64,000 nucleotides of DNA, from positions 1-64,000 of the IMG/VR virus record IMGVR_UViG_3300046337_000201, one strand, 5' to 3'. The number at the start of each line of letters is the position of its first letter. The first letter of the stretch is position 1. This DNA is from a virus. The notes below the pieces were generated by a model. It had not been told where the DNA came from. It did no database searches and was given only the letters and a program-made list of their open reading frames with translations. This document shows, in pieces, positions 19,700 to 30,651 of this stretch. A program made the position numbers and the translations under genes.

Positions 19700-19745
19700 T
19701 GTATATTTTTACATAAAAATACAAAAATAAACGTACAATATAGAT

Positions 19746-20144
19746 TTATAATTGACCTTTTTGCTTCATTTCCTCACGAATCTTCGTAGCACTAATGTCA
19801 GCTATTTCACTAGGTGGAATGTATTCTACAATATCATATCCTACCCCTCTACCAAATGAAATTGAACACACATCAGGTATCTTCATAACCTTAATACGAC
19901 CCTCTTTTATCAAGTCAGCATAAAAGTCAGTAATGGTAACAAATACCTCACTAGCACTAAAAGGATTCTTTTCATCAGGTGCTACATCCCTAATGGCAAT
20001 TAATACGTTTCCACCCTCGTCTAACACTTGTTTAAAGAGTTTTTGATGACCTAAATGTAAAGGTTGCCACCGACCCACAAATAACGTAAACTGCCCTTCT
20101 TTCTTCTCTAAAGAGCTTTTAACATGTACTTTCTTATCCCACAT
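19746..20144 (-). CDS. HxGH nucleotidyltransferase (cytidyltransferase-like)
   Basis: GRWQPLHLGH, NPF, ISATKIR. Confidence 0.8.
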   Translation of the reverse strand: MWDKKVHVKSSLEKKEGQFTLFVGRWQPLHLGHQKLFKQVLDEGGNVLIAIRDVAPDEKNPFSASEVFVTITDFYADLIKEGRIKVMKIPDVCSISFGRGVGYDIVEYIPPSEIADISATKIREEMKQKGQL

Positions 20145-20150
20145 AAAATG

Positions 20151-20390
20151 CTATTTAATTATTGCTTTTACTTTGTTTAATTCCCATTTGTCTATGATAA
20201 CCTCGTTGGCTTCGGTAGACATATGCCATTTCATACCATGACCCTCTATAAAGGTTTCACTAGTCCATGTAGGGACTTCGCATCTTATGGTATTTACTAA
20301 AGTTTCTACTCCATCTACTAAAACCCTCCACTCAAATTGACTTTTTGAAGGGAAATTAGTGTTGAACCTAATATCAATTTTGTGTAGCAT
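20151..20390 (-). CDS. hypothetical protein
   Basis: 79-aa ORF inside the sulfation operon. Confidence 0.6.
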   Translation of the reverse strand: MLHKIDIRFNTNFPSKSQFEWRVLVDGVETLVNTIRCEVPTWTSETFIEGHGMKWHMSTEANEVIIDKWELNKVKAIIK

Positions 20391-20396
20391 AGTGTA

Positions 20397-21218
20397 TTAT
20401 TTAGTGTATCTAAATTGGTCGAAAAACCATTTGTAGTTATTCCAAACCCAGTCACAAATATCTTGTCCCAATAACGCTTGTGCTTTAGATAGGACGGGTG
20501 ATAATTTAGTTCTAATAACATGGTCTCCAAAAGCACCATACACTTCATCATCCTCTTTAGTAACTTGTTGTATATTGTCAAAATCGTGTTCAAAATAAGG
20601 TATTTCAAGATAATTGTATATTTTTTTCATTTGAGAATCAGGGTATAAACACAAGTCCTCAAACTTTATGAATAAAACATTATCAGATATTTTTAATCTA
20701 AACAACTCAGCTAGTCTTTCAATAGCCATCCCCACTGGTGGGTTTTGAGCCCATATATCCATTCGCTTTTGAACATTAGTGCCTTGCATCTTACTCCAAT
20801 CCAATATAGGGTCTTGTTTTTCAGGACTCTTTCTATAATTACCTTCCATAGAAGCAAAAATGTCTCTAAGGTCTCTAACCATACAAATAATCTTTGGCTT
20901 TTCTCCAATAACGAATTGTAAGAAGTCATGATGAATACCCCATCCTCTTGACTTATCTATTACATATTTTTTATCAGTTATTGCTTCGTAGAAAGAAATC
21001 ATACCACCTTTGCAAAAGGCTTGAAAACCTTTTTTCATTGTTTCTGCATCTTGAGCTTTAAACTCAGGACTATTGGTATAATTGGCTCTTGCGGCAAACA
21101 TCAACTCTAAAACACCACTCGTTGGAGTAGCGTAAATGTCAGGATTTTGAGCCATCAAATTCTGTAACAGGGTACTGCCCGAGCGAGGCAAAGAGCTTTG
21201 ATAAAAAATCTTTTTCAT
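20397..21218 (-). CDS. sulfotransferase
   Basis: 5'-PSB SLPRSGSTLL; 3'-PB VRDLRDIFAS; KFEDL. Confidence 0.9.
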   Translation of the reverse strand: MKKIFYQSSLPRSGSTLLQNLMAQNPDIYATPTSGVLELMFAARANYTNSPEFKAQDAETMKKGFQAFCKGGMISFYEAITDKKYVIDKSRGWGIHHDFLQFVIGEKPKIICMVRDLRDIFASMEGNYRKSPEKQDPILDWSKMQGTNVQKRMDIWAQNPPVGMAIERLAELFRLKISDNVLFIKFEDLCLYPDSQMKKIYNYLEIPYFEHDFDNIQQVTKEDDEVYGAFGDHVIRTKLSPVLSKAQALLGQDICDWVWNNYKWFFDQFRYTK

Positions 21219-21220
21219 GG

Positions 21221-21979
21221 TTATATTTTTTTAAAATGATGTTTACAACATGTTCCGTTGTTTTTTATTGATTGTCTTATTGCTTGATAACTAATATTAA
21301 ATTTTTTTGCAGCATCAATATATGAATTAAAAATTTCGTTTGTTTCTTCACATAATATTTTTACTCCATATATTAACTTTCTTGAATTTGATAAATTTAA
21401 CTTATGTTCTTTTGATTTTGGTTTTTTATTAATAATTTTTAAAATTTCTTTATTATGTTCAGTCATTGTTCTACCAATTTCTTTTTGTTTTTTAGAAATT
21501 TTCAATTTATGACTTTTAGATAAGCCTTTTACATAACCTAATTTTTCATAATAAATTAAATCTTCTTTTTTTACATATTTTACTAATTCATCTTTATAAA
21601 TCCATACTCTACCAAAACTAGGATTTTTATCTCCTTTAAATTTGTCTCTTAATTCTTGTAAACGATGCTCTGATAATTTTGTACCTCTAGTTGGATTTTC
21701 TATAAATTCACCAATATTAAATAATTCAATTCCATCATTTCTATATTTATTCGCCCAAAATGTTTCTCTCTCTATTAAATCATTGATATTACATTCTTCT
21801 ATAACTTCAAATAATAATGAATTAAATCCATATTTATTGTAACTATTTTGAAGATTAGGATTTGAACAATTATATTTTAGATTTGATTTATGTCTAAACC
21901 ATCTATTTTTTATATTAGAACTACTTCCAATATAAACTTTATTATTATTAATACAAGTTATTTTATAAATACCTATCAT
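21221..21979 (-). mobile_element. free-standing GIY-YIG homing endonuclease
   Basis: GIYKI...VYIGSS, NUMOD-type basic repeats. Confidence 0.85.
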
Positions 21980-22851
21980 TATTTTAAAGACTCAATTATC
22001 TCATCTAAATTAAACATTTCTCTTTCATCATTGTAAGGAAACTCTTGTAAGTCACCTGAAATGTTGTACTTGTTTAAATAAGAACTTCTTAATTGAATAT
22101 TATTTGTTTCTTTATTTGCAATGATATTAGTATGCATATCATACCCGAAAACGATAGGGCTATTAGCTATCCATAAAACTGAAGAAGGCTTGTCTAATGC
22201 TGCTGCTGCGTGTTGAGCAAAGCTATCCATTAATAACCTTTTTTCACTCATAGCTATTAAAACAAGTAAACCTCTAAAATTATCTTGAACACCTATGGTG
22301 CCATCATATTTTATTTGGTCATCTCTTCTAATATGTACAATGTTGTAAGCTTGGCTATACGTTTTGATAATTTCCAAAACGACATAAGAAGGAATATCTC
22401 TAGCCCATGAATATTTTAATTCAGATTGCCCACCTCCATTTGTTTGTAAAAGGAGAATAGGCTTATCTGAATTATATTTGTTTGCAAAGAAGTCAACTTC
22501 TCTTTTAGTAAGGAACAACTCACCTTTCTTCTTTACGATAGGCAAATTGAACATGTTACACCAAGTTTCGATTAAATGTTCTTCACATTTTATGTTTTTA
22601 GTCTCAAGATAAGGGTCATGAGCTAAAACAAGTATTTCTTGATTTTCAATGTACTCTTTATAAAAGTATTGTTGTCCTCCAAAAGCGTAAGTTCTATCTA
22701 CATTTGGATTGTTTAGATAGACTTCAGGATAGCCTGAAACAACAATTAGTTTACTAGTAGGGTACTTTTGCTTAATGGAAGCACAAACTGCGGTAGAGGC
22801 AATACACTTACCAATTCCACCATTAATTTGAAAAATAATTACATTAGGCAT
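21979..22851 (-). CDS. GT9-like (GT-B) glycosyltransferase
   Basis: GGIGK, NNPNVD, DSFAQHAAAAL. Confidence 0.75.
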   Translation of the reverse strand: MPNVIIFQINGGIGKCIASTAVCASIKQKYPTSKLIVVSGYPEVYLNNPNVDRTYAFGGQQYFYKEYIENQEILVLAHDPYLETKNIKCEEHLIETWCNMFNLPIVKKKGELFLTKREVDFFANKYNSDKPILLLQTNGGGQSELKYSWARDIPSYVVLEIIKTYSQAYNIVHIRRDDQIKYDGTIGVQDNFRGLLVLIAMSEKRLLMDSFAQHAAAALDKPSSVLWIANSPIVFGYDMHTNIIANKETNNIQLRSSYLNKYNISGDLQEFPYNDEREMFNLDEIIESLK

Positions 22852-22860
22852 ATATTATAT

Positions 22861-23595
22861 TTAATTGTTTACATATTTCCAATTGGGATAATTAATCGAA
22901 TTTAATTTTCTCCATATTTTAGTTCTATTTACATTAAAATTTTTAGAGTAATGTATTATAGAATCATAAATAATTCCTTCGATTTCTATTTTTTTATAAA
23001 GTTTAATAGCTCTTTTATCTTTTTCTTCTTGAGATTGTTTTCTTCCTATTAACTTTTCTCTAGCCTTTATTGCATTCATCCAAGAATGTAAACTAGATTT
23101 ACCAATATTACTTTCAGATATTTTTCGTTTATGTTCTTCGGATAACCTTTTTCCTTTTTTAGCATCTGAAAGTTTCTTTATGATAGCTAGATTTGACATA
23201 GCTTTCCTAGTAGCTATTTTAGTTTTTTCTCTATTATTTGGATTTTTATAATACTCAGTTAATGAAATTTTCAACTTCTCCTTTGTTTCATCAGAAATTT
23301 TACCATATCTTCCAGCACCTTTTAAATTTAACATTTCAAATCCACAATCTTTATATTGTTGTAAATATAATTCTTCATAATTATTCAATACTTCTTGAGA
23401 TACATCATTTGGTAATTCTTGTACTACATTAAACAAATGGGCTTCCCATCCATATTTGGATAAAGAAGCCCATAGTTTAACTTGACGCTTACAATTAAGT
23501 GATGAGTATTTCGATACCCTACTTTTTAAATTTATACTTTGTCCAATATAAATTTTATTAGTAGGAGATTGTATTTTATAAATACCTGAGTTCAT
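22861..23595 (-). mobile_element. free-standing GIY-YIG homing endonuclease with NUMOD3
   Basis: SGIYKI...IYIGQS; SEEHKRKISES. Confidence 0.85.
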
Positions 23596-23618
23596 TTATA
23601 TTTAGTTAATTTATAAAA

Positions 23619-23626
23619 CAAATTTA
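23619..23626 (-). promoter_or_regulatory. TAAATTTG -7 promoter box
   Basis: Intergenic, upstream of ATG 23595. Confidence 0.45.
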
Positions 23627-23667
23627 ATTAAAAATGTGATATAAAATACTAAATGTAAACATATATT

Positions 23668-23994
23668 TTACATATATTGTACTTCTACAAAATCAGAAAC
23701 CGCTACACCTAATTTTGCCGCAGCAATGGTTAATAAAATAGTGTCATCAGTTCCCCAAGTAGCTAAATCCTCTGAAGTTAATTCTAAATCAGAAGAACCT
23801 AATTCTTGTAAACGAGTTTTTTTACCTTTTACTTCTAAGTTACCAAATACAACTTGGAAGCGATTTTTAGCTGCTCCTGCTATATAAGGTCGACCAATAA
23901 CACTCATATGGTTAGCTTCGATTACTTCAGGTTGGCTAAAAGGGTTAGTTTGTTTTTGAAACTTAGCAGTTGGATTAATTTTTCCTACTAACAT
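23668..23994 (-). CDS. fibre-associated small protein
   Basis: WGTDD...AAAKLGV; directly downstream of the fibre genes. Confidence 0.55.
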   Translation of the reverse strand: MLVGKINPTAKFQKQTNPFSQPEVIEANHMSVIGRPYIAGAAKNRFQVVFGNLEVKGKKTRLQELGSSDLELTSEDLATWGTDDTILLTIAAAKLGVAVSDFVEVQYM

Positions 23995-24073
23995 GATTTT
24001 TAATTTTTAATTTGATTGTAAATTTATACTTTTTTTGTTTATAGATTAAAGATAACTATTTTTTAAATATTTT

Positions 24074-25339
24074 TTATACGATTGTTAATACTCCACTATT
24101 AGACCATACTGCACCACTAGGAAGCCCTGCGGCACTTGTTGGTATAGACATTATAGATAAGTTGTTTACAAAAGTGGTACAATCTCTATTAGCAGTTATG
24201 CTAGTTCCTGATATTACAACATTATTATATCCACTATCCGTACTAGATTGCCCATTCAAAATAGTTGAATAACAACCACTTGCAGTGTTACAATAACCAT
24301 TAACAATAGATGAATGTCTTCCACTTGGAGTATTGTAACGACCACCTACTATTGTTGAAAAGCTTCCACTTATATTATTAAATTCTCCAGTTCCCAAATA
24401 TGCAAAACACCCAGTGGCTACGTTACAAAAACCACTACCCATATATGAATAACATATACTTGAGGAGCAGTTACGATACCCACCACTAATAGTATTAAAA
24501 AGACCACAAGCCTCAATAAATCTACCATTACCTATGTAAGCGTATTCGCCACAAGCAATATTATTGAAACCATTAACTATCGTTGCCCAACAACCACAAG
24601 TAGTATTACCTCTAATTGGGTTCACATCACCACCACCATTCCCTATAAAATTATATTGCCCACTTGCAGTATTCCCATGACCACCACCTACTATTGAATT
24701 ACATGCACTAGCAGTATTAAGACACCCATTTAAAATTGTAGAATAATTTGCAGAAGATAAGTTAGACCATCCATTTAAAATAGATGAATATCTAGCACTA
24801 TCACAATTATTATAACCACTACCTATAAACCCTCCATAACAACTAATAGTATTACAATTACCACTACCTATAAAAGAATAATTTCCACTACTACTATTTT
24901 TAGTACCACCACCTATAATTGAATTATACCCACTTGCACTATTACAATAACCACCAATAATAGTTGAAAAAAATAAAGTAGCACAATTGTAAAAACCACC
25001 ACCTATAAAAGCAAAATATGAAGTAGCACAATTAGTAGTACCACCACCTACAAATGAATATTGCCCACTTGCAGTATTATTACAACCATTACCTTTTATA
25101 GAACAAGTACCAGTACCTACAACCATTGGCGAAGAACCACCACCTCCACTTGCACAAATTGTTACATTACCAACACCACAAGTAGGGCTTATTGTTATGT
25201 TTGAACCCGCTATAATAGAAGTTACACCACCACCACTTCCTCCGCTTCCACTAACAACTACTCCATTGCAACTAACTAAAGTACACCCATTAGGTATGCT
25301 TGGTATTTTAAGACCATTTTTTACTACAAATTCATTCAT
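24074..25339 (-). CDS. Cys/Gly/Asn-rich beta-solenoid fibre-like protein
   Basis: ~14-aa IGGGxxNxA repeats; C-terminal IPTSAAGLPSGAVW. Confidence 0.75.
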   Translation of the reverse strand: MNEFVVKNGLKIPSIPNGCTLVSCNGVVVSGSGGSGGGVTSIIAGSNITISPTCGVGNVTICASGGGGSSPMVVGTGTCSIKGNGCNNTASGQYSFVGGGTTNCATSYFAFIGGGFYNCATLFFSTIIGGYCNSASGYNSIIGGGTKNSSSGNYSFIGSGNCNTISCYGGFIGSGYNNCDSARYSSILNGWSNLSSANYSTILNGCLNTASACNSIVGGGHGNTASGQYNFIGNGGGDVNPIRGNTTCGCWATIVNGFNNIACGEYAYIGNGRFIEACGLFNTISGGYRNCSSSICYSYMGSGFCNVATGCFAYLGTGEFNNISGSFSTIVGGRYNTPSGRHSSIVNGYCNTASGCYSTILNGQSSTDSGYNNVVISGTSITANRDCTTFVNNLSIMSIPTSAAGLPSGAVWSNSGVLTIV

Positions 25340-25385
25340 TTTTTTTGTTTTTTAAATTCACTATCCTTTAAAAAATTATAATACC

Positions 25386-26930
25386 TTAAGCTATATTTAA
25401 AACACCACTATTGTTCCATATTGTTCCTGTAGGTAAACCTGCTGCACTTGTTGGTAAGCCACAAGACCATAAACCTGAAATATGCAAAGTGTTACTTGCC
25501 ACTGCACAAATTCCATTTCCTATAATAGTAGCTTGAGTAAACCCACAAGTACAATTATTGTTACCAAATATAACACCTTGACTAGCATCTATTACGTTAC
25601 AACTACCCATAATAAAAGAAGTCTCGTTATAATTACCACTAATAGTATTAAAATTACCATTTAAAATAGCATTATTACTAGCAGCATTTATAATATTAGT
25701 ATTACCATTACCTATAAATGAAAAATACCCTCTTTGTATTTGGCTATTACCTCCATTTATTATCACTCCATTATCTCCATAAGATGCAGAAATACTATTT
25801 GAACCACCTTGTATAATTATGGATTGCCCACCACAAGCTATGTTTTGTTGCCCACCTAATACAATAGAGTATGCACCACTTGTTGTATTAGTTTTACCTC
25901 CAAGTATAAATGAACAATCAGCAAGTGCATTATTACAACACCCATTCAATACACTAGAATTAGTACCACAAGCAGTGTTATGTGCTCCATTCCCTATAAA
26001 TGCGTTTTGCCCAATATTGATAGAGTTATATGCTCCACTTCCTATAAATGAGGAATATGTACTTATAGTATTATAAGAACCTGAAACTATTGCACTAAAA
26101 TGAGCTCCACTACAAATAATATTATTTTGTCCACCACCTATTAAACCACCATTTGCAATATTATTTCGACCACCAACTATTAAACCACCATTTGCAATAT
26201 TATTTCTGCCTCCACCTATAAAACCACCTCCACTACAAGTAGTATTACAATAACCACCACTTATAGTACCATATCCACCACTAATAGTGTTATGATAACC
26301 TCCACTAATGGTTGAATTACTCGTATACCCATTTATTGTGTTAAAAGAACCACCTGAAATTGTATTAGCGTGATAACCACTATAAGTAGAAAAAGTTCCA
26401 CTCTTAATTAAATACCCACTACAAGTATTAATTGTAGGGTCTACGCATATTGTTGTTGCAGTCCCATCAAATGAAGAACCACACACAACCATATCAAAAT
26501 AATTAATTTGTGGGTCTCCATATAAATCTTGAGATGAAACTGTACTACCAACTGAATAATATGCAGTTAAATCTCCAAAACAAGCAGCTAATGTAGTTGC
26601 ACCACTTACAAAACCATTAAAATATCCACCACTTTGGCTATTAGGTAAGGCATCACAAGCGATTACGTTAAAAGCACCACTTAAAATGCTACTATTTTCA
26701 GAAGCAACTACACTACCAAGACCACTTACACTTGAACTACAAGCACTTGCATTTATATGATTACAACAACCATAAAATGGATTAGCAGTAGTAAACCCAC
26801 CACCACCTCCTCCACCTACGTTACAAGCATAGGTAGAATACGTTACACCACATTGTTCAATTGGTATTAAACTATTACATACATCTACGCTTGTAAGTAA
26901 AGGTAATTCGGTTATTTTAACATTAGACAT
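25386..26930 (-). CDS. beta-solenoid fibre-like protein (paralogue)
   Basis: N-terminal NVKITELP; repeats; C-terminal LPTSAAGLPTGTIW. Confidence 0.75.
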   Translation of the reverse strand: MSNVKITELPLLTSVDVCNSLIPIEQCGVTYSTYACNVGGGGGGGFTTANPFYGCCNHINASACSSSVSGLGSVVASENSSILSGAFNVIACDALPNSQSGGYFNGFVSGATTLAACFGDLTAYYSVGSTVSSQDLYGDPQINYFDMVVCGSSFDGTATTICVDPTINTCSGYLIKSGTFSTYSGYHANTISGGSFNTINGYTSNSTISGGYHNTISGGYGTISGGYCNTTCSGGGFIGGGRNNIANGGLIVGGRNNIANGGLIGGGQNNIICSGAHFSAIVSGSYNTISTYSSFIGSGAYNSINIGQNAFIGNGAHNTACGTNSSVLNGCCNNALADCSFILGGKTNTTSGAYSIVLGGQQNIACGGQSIIIQGGSNSISASYGDNGVIINGGNSQIQRGYFSFIGNGNTNIINAASNNAILNGNFNTISGNYNETSFIMGSCNVIDASQGVIFGNNNCTCGFTQATIIGNGICAVASNTLHISGLWSCGLPTSAAGLPTGTIWNNSGVLNIA

Positions 26931-26952
26931 ATATCTATTTTTTAATATTTTT

Positions 26953-28308
26953 TTATACTATTTTTAAAGTTCCTGCATCATTCCATACAGCACCTGTTGG
27001 CAACCCTGAAGCACTTGTTGGTAGATTCCCTAACCATAAGCAGTTTGCGTGAAGTGTACAAGAAGCAGTTGCAGTAATTCCTGTTCCTGCAATTATGGCA
27101 TAATTAAACCCACTATCATTATTACAATTACCATTTAATATTGTTGAACAATTACCACAAGAAGTATTGCAATTACCACTACCTATAAATGAATATTGCC
27201 CACAAGCTACGTTATTATTACCACCTAATATACTTGAATAGTTTTGATAATTAGTATTATTGCAACCACCTAATATACTTGAAAAATTTCCATAATTAGT
27301 ATTACAATAACCACCACTAATTGTAGAATAATTACCACAAGATATATTTGTAAAACCTCCAACTATGGTTGAATAAGTTGCACAAGCAATATTATATCTA
27401 CCACTTAATATACCTGACATATATCCACTTGCAGTGTTGCGATAACCACCACCTATAACTGAATAGGTATTAGTAGCACAATTGTAAAAACCACCACCTA
27501 TAAAAGCATAACTACCACAATTAAAATTATTAACACCTGCACCTATAAAAGAATTATTACCTTGTATACAATTACCTGCACCTGCACCTATAAAACCACT
27601 ACCTTGATAGCAAAGACCAACAATATTATATTCTCCACCACCTATAAAGCTATACCCATTGCTAATAGTATTAAGATAGCCTCCACTAATAGTTGAAGCA
27701 CTCGTATACCCACTTATTGTATTAAAAGCACCACCTGATATTGTATTAGGATGATAACTACTATAAGTAGAGAAAGTTCCACTCTTTATAATGTACCCAC
27801 TACAAGTATTAATTGTAGGGTCTACGCATATTGTTGTTGCAGTCCCATCAAATGAAGAACCACACACAACCATATCAAAATAGTTACATTGCGTAGTGCC
27901 ATATACATATTGAGATGAAACTGTGCTACCAACTGTATAATACGCAGTTAAATCTCCATACCCTGCACTAAATGTAGTTTGACCACTTACAAAACCATTA
28001 AAATATCCACCACTTTGAGTGTTTGGTAAGGCATCACAAGCGATTACGTTAAAAGCACCACTTAAAATGCTACTATTAGTAGAAGCAGCAACATTACCAA
28101 ACCCACTTACCATTGAATTACAAGCACCTACATTTAAACTATTACAACATCCAACAATAGAGTTTGCTATTGTAAATCCACCACCACCTCCACCTACGTT
28201 ACAAGCATAGGTAGAATACGTTACACCACCTTGCTCAATTGGTATCAAACTAGTACAACTATTTACGCAAAGTAGTAAAGGTAATTCGGTTATTTTAACA
28301 TTAGCCAT
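26953..28308 (-). CDS. beta-solenoid fibre-like protein (paralogue)
   Basis: N-terminal ~200 aa highly similar to 25386..26930; same C-terminal cap. Confidence 0.75.
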   Translation of the reverse strand: MANVKITELPLLLCVNSCTSLIPIEQGGVTYSTYACNVGGGGGGFTIANSIVGCCNSLNVGACNSMVSGFGNVAASTNSSILSGAFNVIACDALPNTQSGGYFNGFVSGQTTFSAGYGDLTAYYTVGSTVSSQYVYGTTQCNYFDMVVCGSSFDGTATTICVDPTINTCSGYIIKSGTFSTYSSYHPNTISGGAFNTISGYTSASTISGGYLNTISNGYSFIGGGEYNIVGLCYQGSGFIGAGAGNCIQGNNSFIGAGVNNFNCGSYAFIGGGFYNCATNTYSVIGGGYRNTASGYMSGILSGRYNIACATYSTIVGGFTNISCGNYSTISGGYCNTNYGNFSSILGGCNNTNYQNYSSILGGNNNVACGQYSFIGSGNCNTSCGNCSTILNGNCNNDSGFNYAIIAGTGITATASCTLHANCLWLGNLPTSASGLPTGAVWNDAGTLKIV

Positions 28309-28322
28309 ATATATATAATATA

Positions 28323-30209
28323 TTAATTCGTTATTAAGAAATTATTGTCCTCAGTAACAATGAAATCTCCACTTTGAGTAATAATGTAAGCATCAGGAAC
28401 ATATGAATTATCAGGTAATAATTGTTTAGATAAAACAATATTCCAAGCGTTAGTATAAGCTATATCCACTAATAATTGAGCAATTATATCCATACCACTA
28501 ATTACAAAGTTAAATAAAGCCATTGAAGTATCTCCAATGCTTATTGTTGAGGTTTGATTAAAAGTAATTGCAGTAGGGTCGCTAATATTCCAACCAACTA
28601 CAATAGAGCCTGATTCACTATTACCATTACTCTTAATATTATAGTTATAAATTATAGTACTATTATTAACTCTAGGAGTAGTATCTACATTGATAACACC
28701 ACTTGTTGGAACTTGATTGTATAATTGTATGATTGTAGCACCACCTCCACCACCCGCATAAGGTACTAACATACCATTGCTATCGGCACAAACTGCACAT
28801 CCACCACTTCCTCCATTTGTTAAGTTAGTAGCAACTAATCTATTTGACATGAATGAACAAGCCACATTATTCGTTAACCCAAATCCAAATACACCTGAAT
28901 AAGAAGCACATGCAAAGTTGTTTTTACCTCCAACTATTGCAGAATAAGTACTAGATATAGTATTAGCTTTACCACCACCTATGAAACTAGAATACCCACC
29001 GCTAATTGTATTATTTGCTCCTCCACTTATCGTTCCATTATAACCACCTCCACATATATAATTTGTATCACCACCTCCAATTTGACTATTCTCTGTTGTT
29101 ATGCAATTCCCTGCTCCACCACCTATGAATGATATATATGCACTTGCTGACATGTGGTTAATATACCCACCAACAATAGAAGAATACCCACAAGAATCAT
29201 TTATATTACCATTACCACCACCTATGAATGCATAATTACCACTAATAGTGTTATTAGCACCATTACCTATTAAAGACCTTACACCATTAATACTATTATT
29301 AGTACCACCTACTATTGAAGAAAAATCACAAGTTACATGATTACCAATACCACTACCTATGAATGCATAATTACCACTAATAGTATTACAATCCCCAAAC
29401 CCATTTCCACCACCTACTATCGTTGAGTTAGCACCACTTACTGCGTTATAACATCCACCAAGTATAGAAGAAAAATCACCACTTACTACGTTACAATACC
29501 CATTTAAAACATTTGAATATAATCCACTTGCTGAGTTTGAATATCCATTTCCAACAAGAGAATATTGAGCACTTGCAGTGTTACGTTGACCATTTATAAT
29601 AGTACTAAGACAACTTGCACTATTACAACTACCATTCAATATAGTTGACCAATAGTCACTAGCAGTATTACACCTACCATTACCTACAAAAGAATAATGA
29701 CCACATGATTTGTTAATAGAACCAGTTCCTATGAATGAAAATACATTTGTAGAATTATTACTAGCACCACCACCTACAATTGAATGAGATTCACAAGCAT
29801 TATTAAAAGAACCACCACCTATAATTGAATAATGACCACTCGTTGTATTTCCTCTACCACCTAATATTAAAGAATAATCAGCACTCGCAGTGTTACAACA
29901 CCCAGTGCCTACTAATGCATAATCACAACTTGCTACGTTAAATCTACCATTTAAGATAGTTGAAAAACCTATACTTGCATTATTACAACTACCATTAAGA
30001 ATTACTGAATATTGAGCACTAGCAGTGTTTGAATATCCACCAAGTGCACCACTATATAAACCACATGCATTGTTCCCTACATCACATCTAATCGCTGAAC
30101 AATAACCTAATCCATCTACTATAATACCATTGCCGCACCCTCCACCACCACAACTTGTGCCGCCACCTATAAAACCAAAAGAATCAGTTCCTAAAAATGA
30201 ACTACTCAT
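28323..30209 (-). CDS. beta-solenoid fibre-like protein with distinct C-terminal beta domain
   Basis: Same repeats; ends YIITQSGDFIVTEDNNFLIT. Confidence 0.75.
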   Translation of the reverse strand: MSSSFLGTDSFGFIGGGTSCGGGGCGNGIIVDGLGYCSAIRCDVGNNACGLYSGALGGYSNTASAQYSVILNGSCNNASIGFSTILNGRFNVASCDYALVGTGCCNTASADYSLILGGRGNTTSGHYSIIGGGSFNNACESHSIVGGGASNNSTNVFSFIGTGSINKSCGHYSFVGNGRCNTASDYWSTILNGSCNSASCLSTIINGQRNTASAQYSLVGNGYSNSASGLYSNVLNGYCNVVSGDFSSILGGCYNAVSGANSTIVGGGNGFGDCNTISGNYAFIGSGIGNHVTCDFSSIVGGTNNSINGVRSLIGNGANNTISGNYAFIGGGNGNINDSCGYSSIVGGYINHMSASAYISFIGGGAGNCITTENSQIGGGDTNYICGGGYNGTISGGANNTISGGYSSFIGGGKANTISSTYSAIVGGKNNFACASYSGVFGFGLTNNVACSFMSNRLVATNLTNGGSGGCAVCADSNGMLVPYAGGGGGATIIQLYNQVPTSGVINVDTTPRVNNSTIIYNYNIKSNGNSESGSIVVGWNISDPTAITFNQTSTISIGDTSMALFNFVISGMDIIAQLLVDIAYTNAWNIVLSKQLLPDNSYVPDAYIITQSGDFIVTEDNNFLITN

Positions 30210-30213
30210 AATA

Positions 30214-30621
30214 TTATTTTATCAAATCAAGTAAATAAACTTCCTTATAAAGTTTACCTTGATTGAATACGAAATAACGAACATCTTCGTCATCATCTTT
30301 ATTCAAATAAACACATACTTCAATATCTTTCGACTCCATTTGCGTTTCAAGGTTCTCTATAATCTTCTTAATTTGAGGTGGCACTAATTGACTTAATGGC
30401 AACCCAAATTCTATTCTTCCTACGTTTAAAACCTCTTTTATAGTCAATTCTCTATTAGGAACATAATTATGACAAATTAAATACTTTACTTGTCTATCCT
30501 CTTCCTCACCTAACTTTAAAAGAATCGAAATATCCAATTCATCCATTTTGTCAACTTTAGCAAACCTTTTTATTGCTTTACTAAAAATTTCTCTAGTTTT
30601 AGAGATAATCATTTCTTCCAT
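30214..30621 (-). CDS. hypothetical protein
   Basis: 135-aa ORF. Confidence 0.65.
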   Translation of the reverse strand: MEEMIISKTREIFSKAIKRFAKVDKMDELDISILLKLGEEEDRQVKYLICHNYVPNRELTIKEVLNVGRIEFGLPLSQLVPPQIKKIIENLETQMESKDIEVCVYLNKDDDEDVRYFVFNQGKLYKEVYLLDLIK

Positions 30622-30651
30622 TTTTATGATTTTTTTGTTTTGTAAATATGT

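Noticed and set aside
25386-28308. Diversity-generating retroelement acting on the duplicated fibre segments
   Set aside because: No reverse transcriptase in the window; the duplication is N-terminal and coding in both copies
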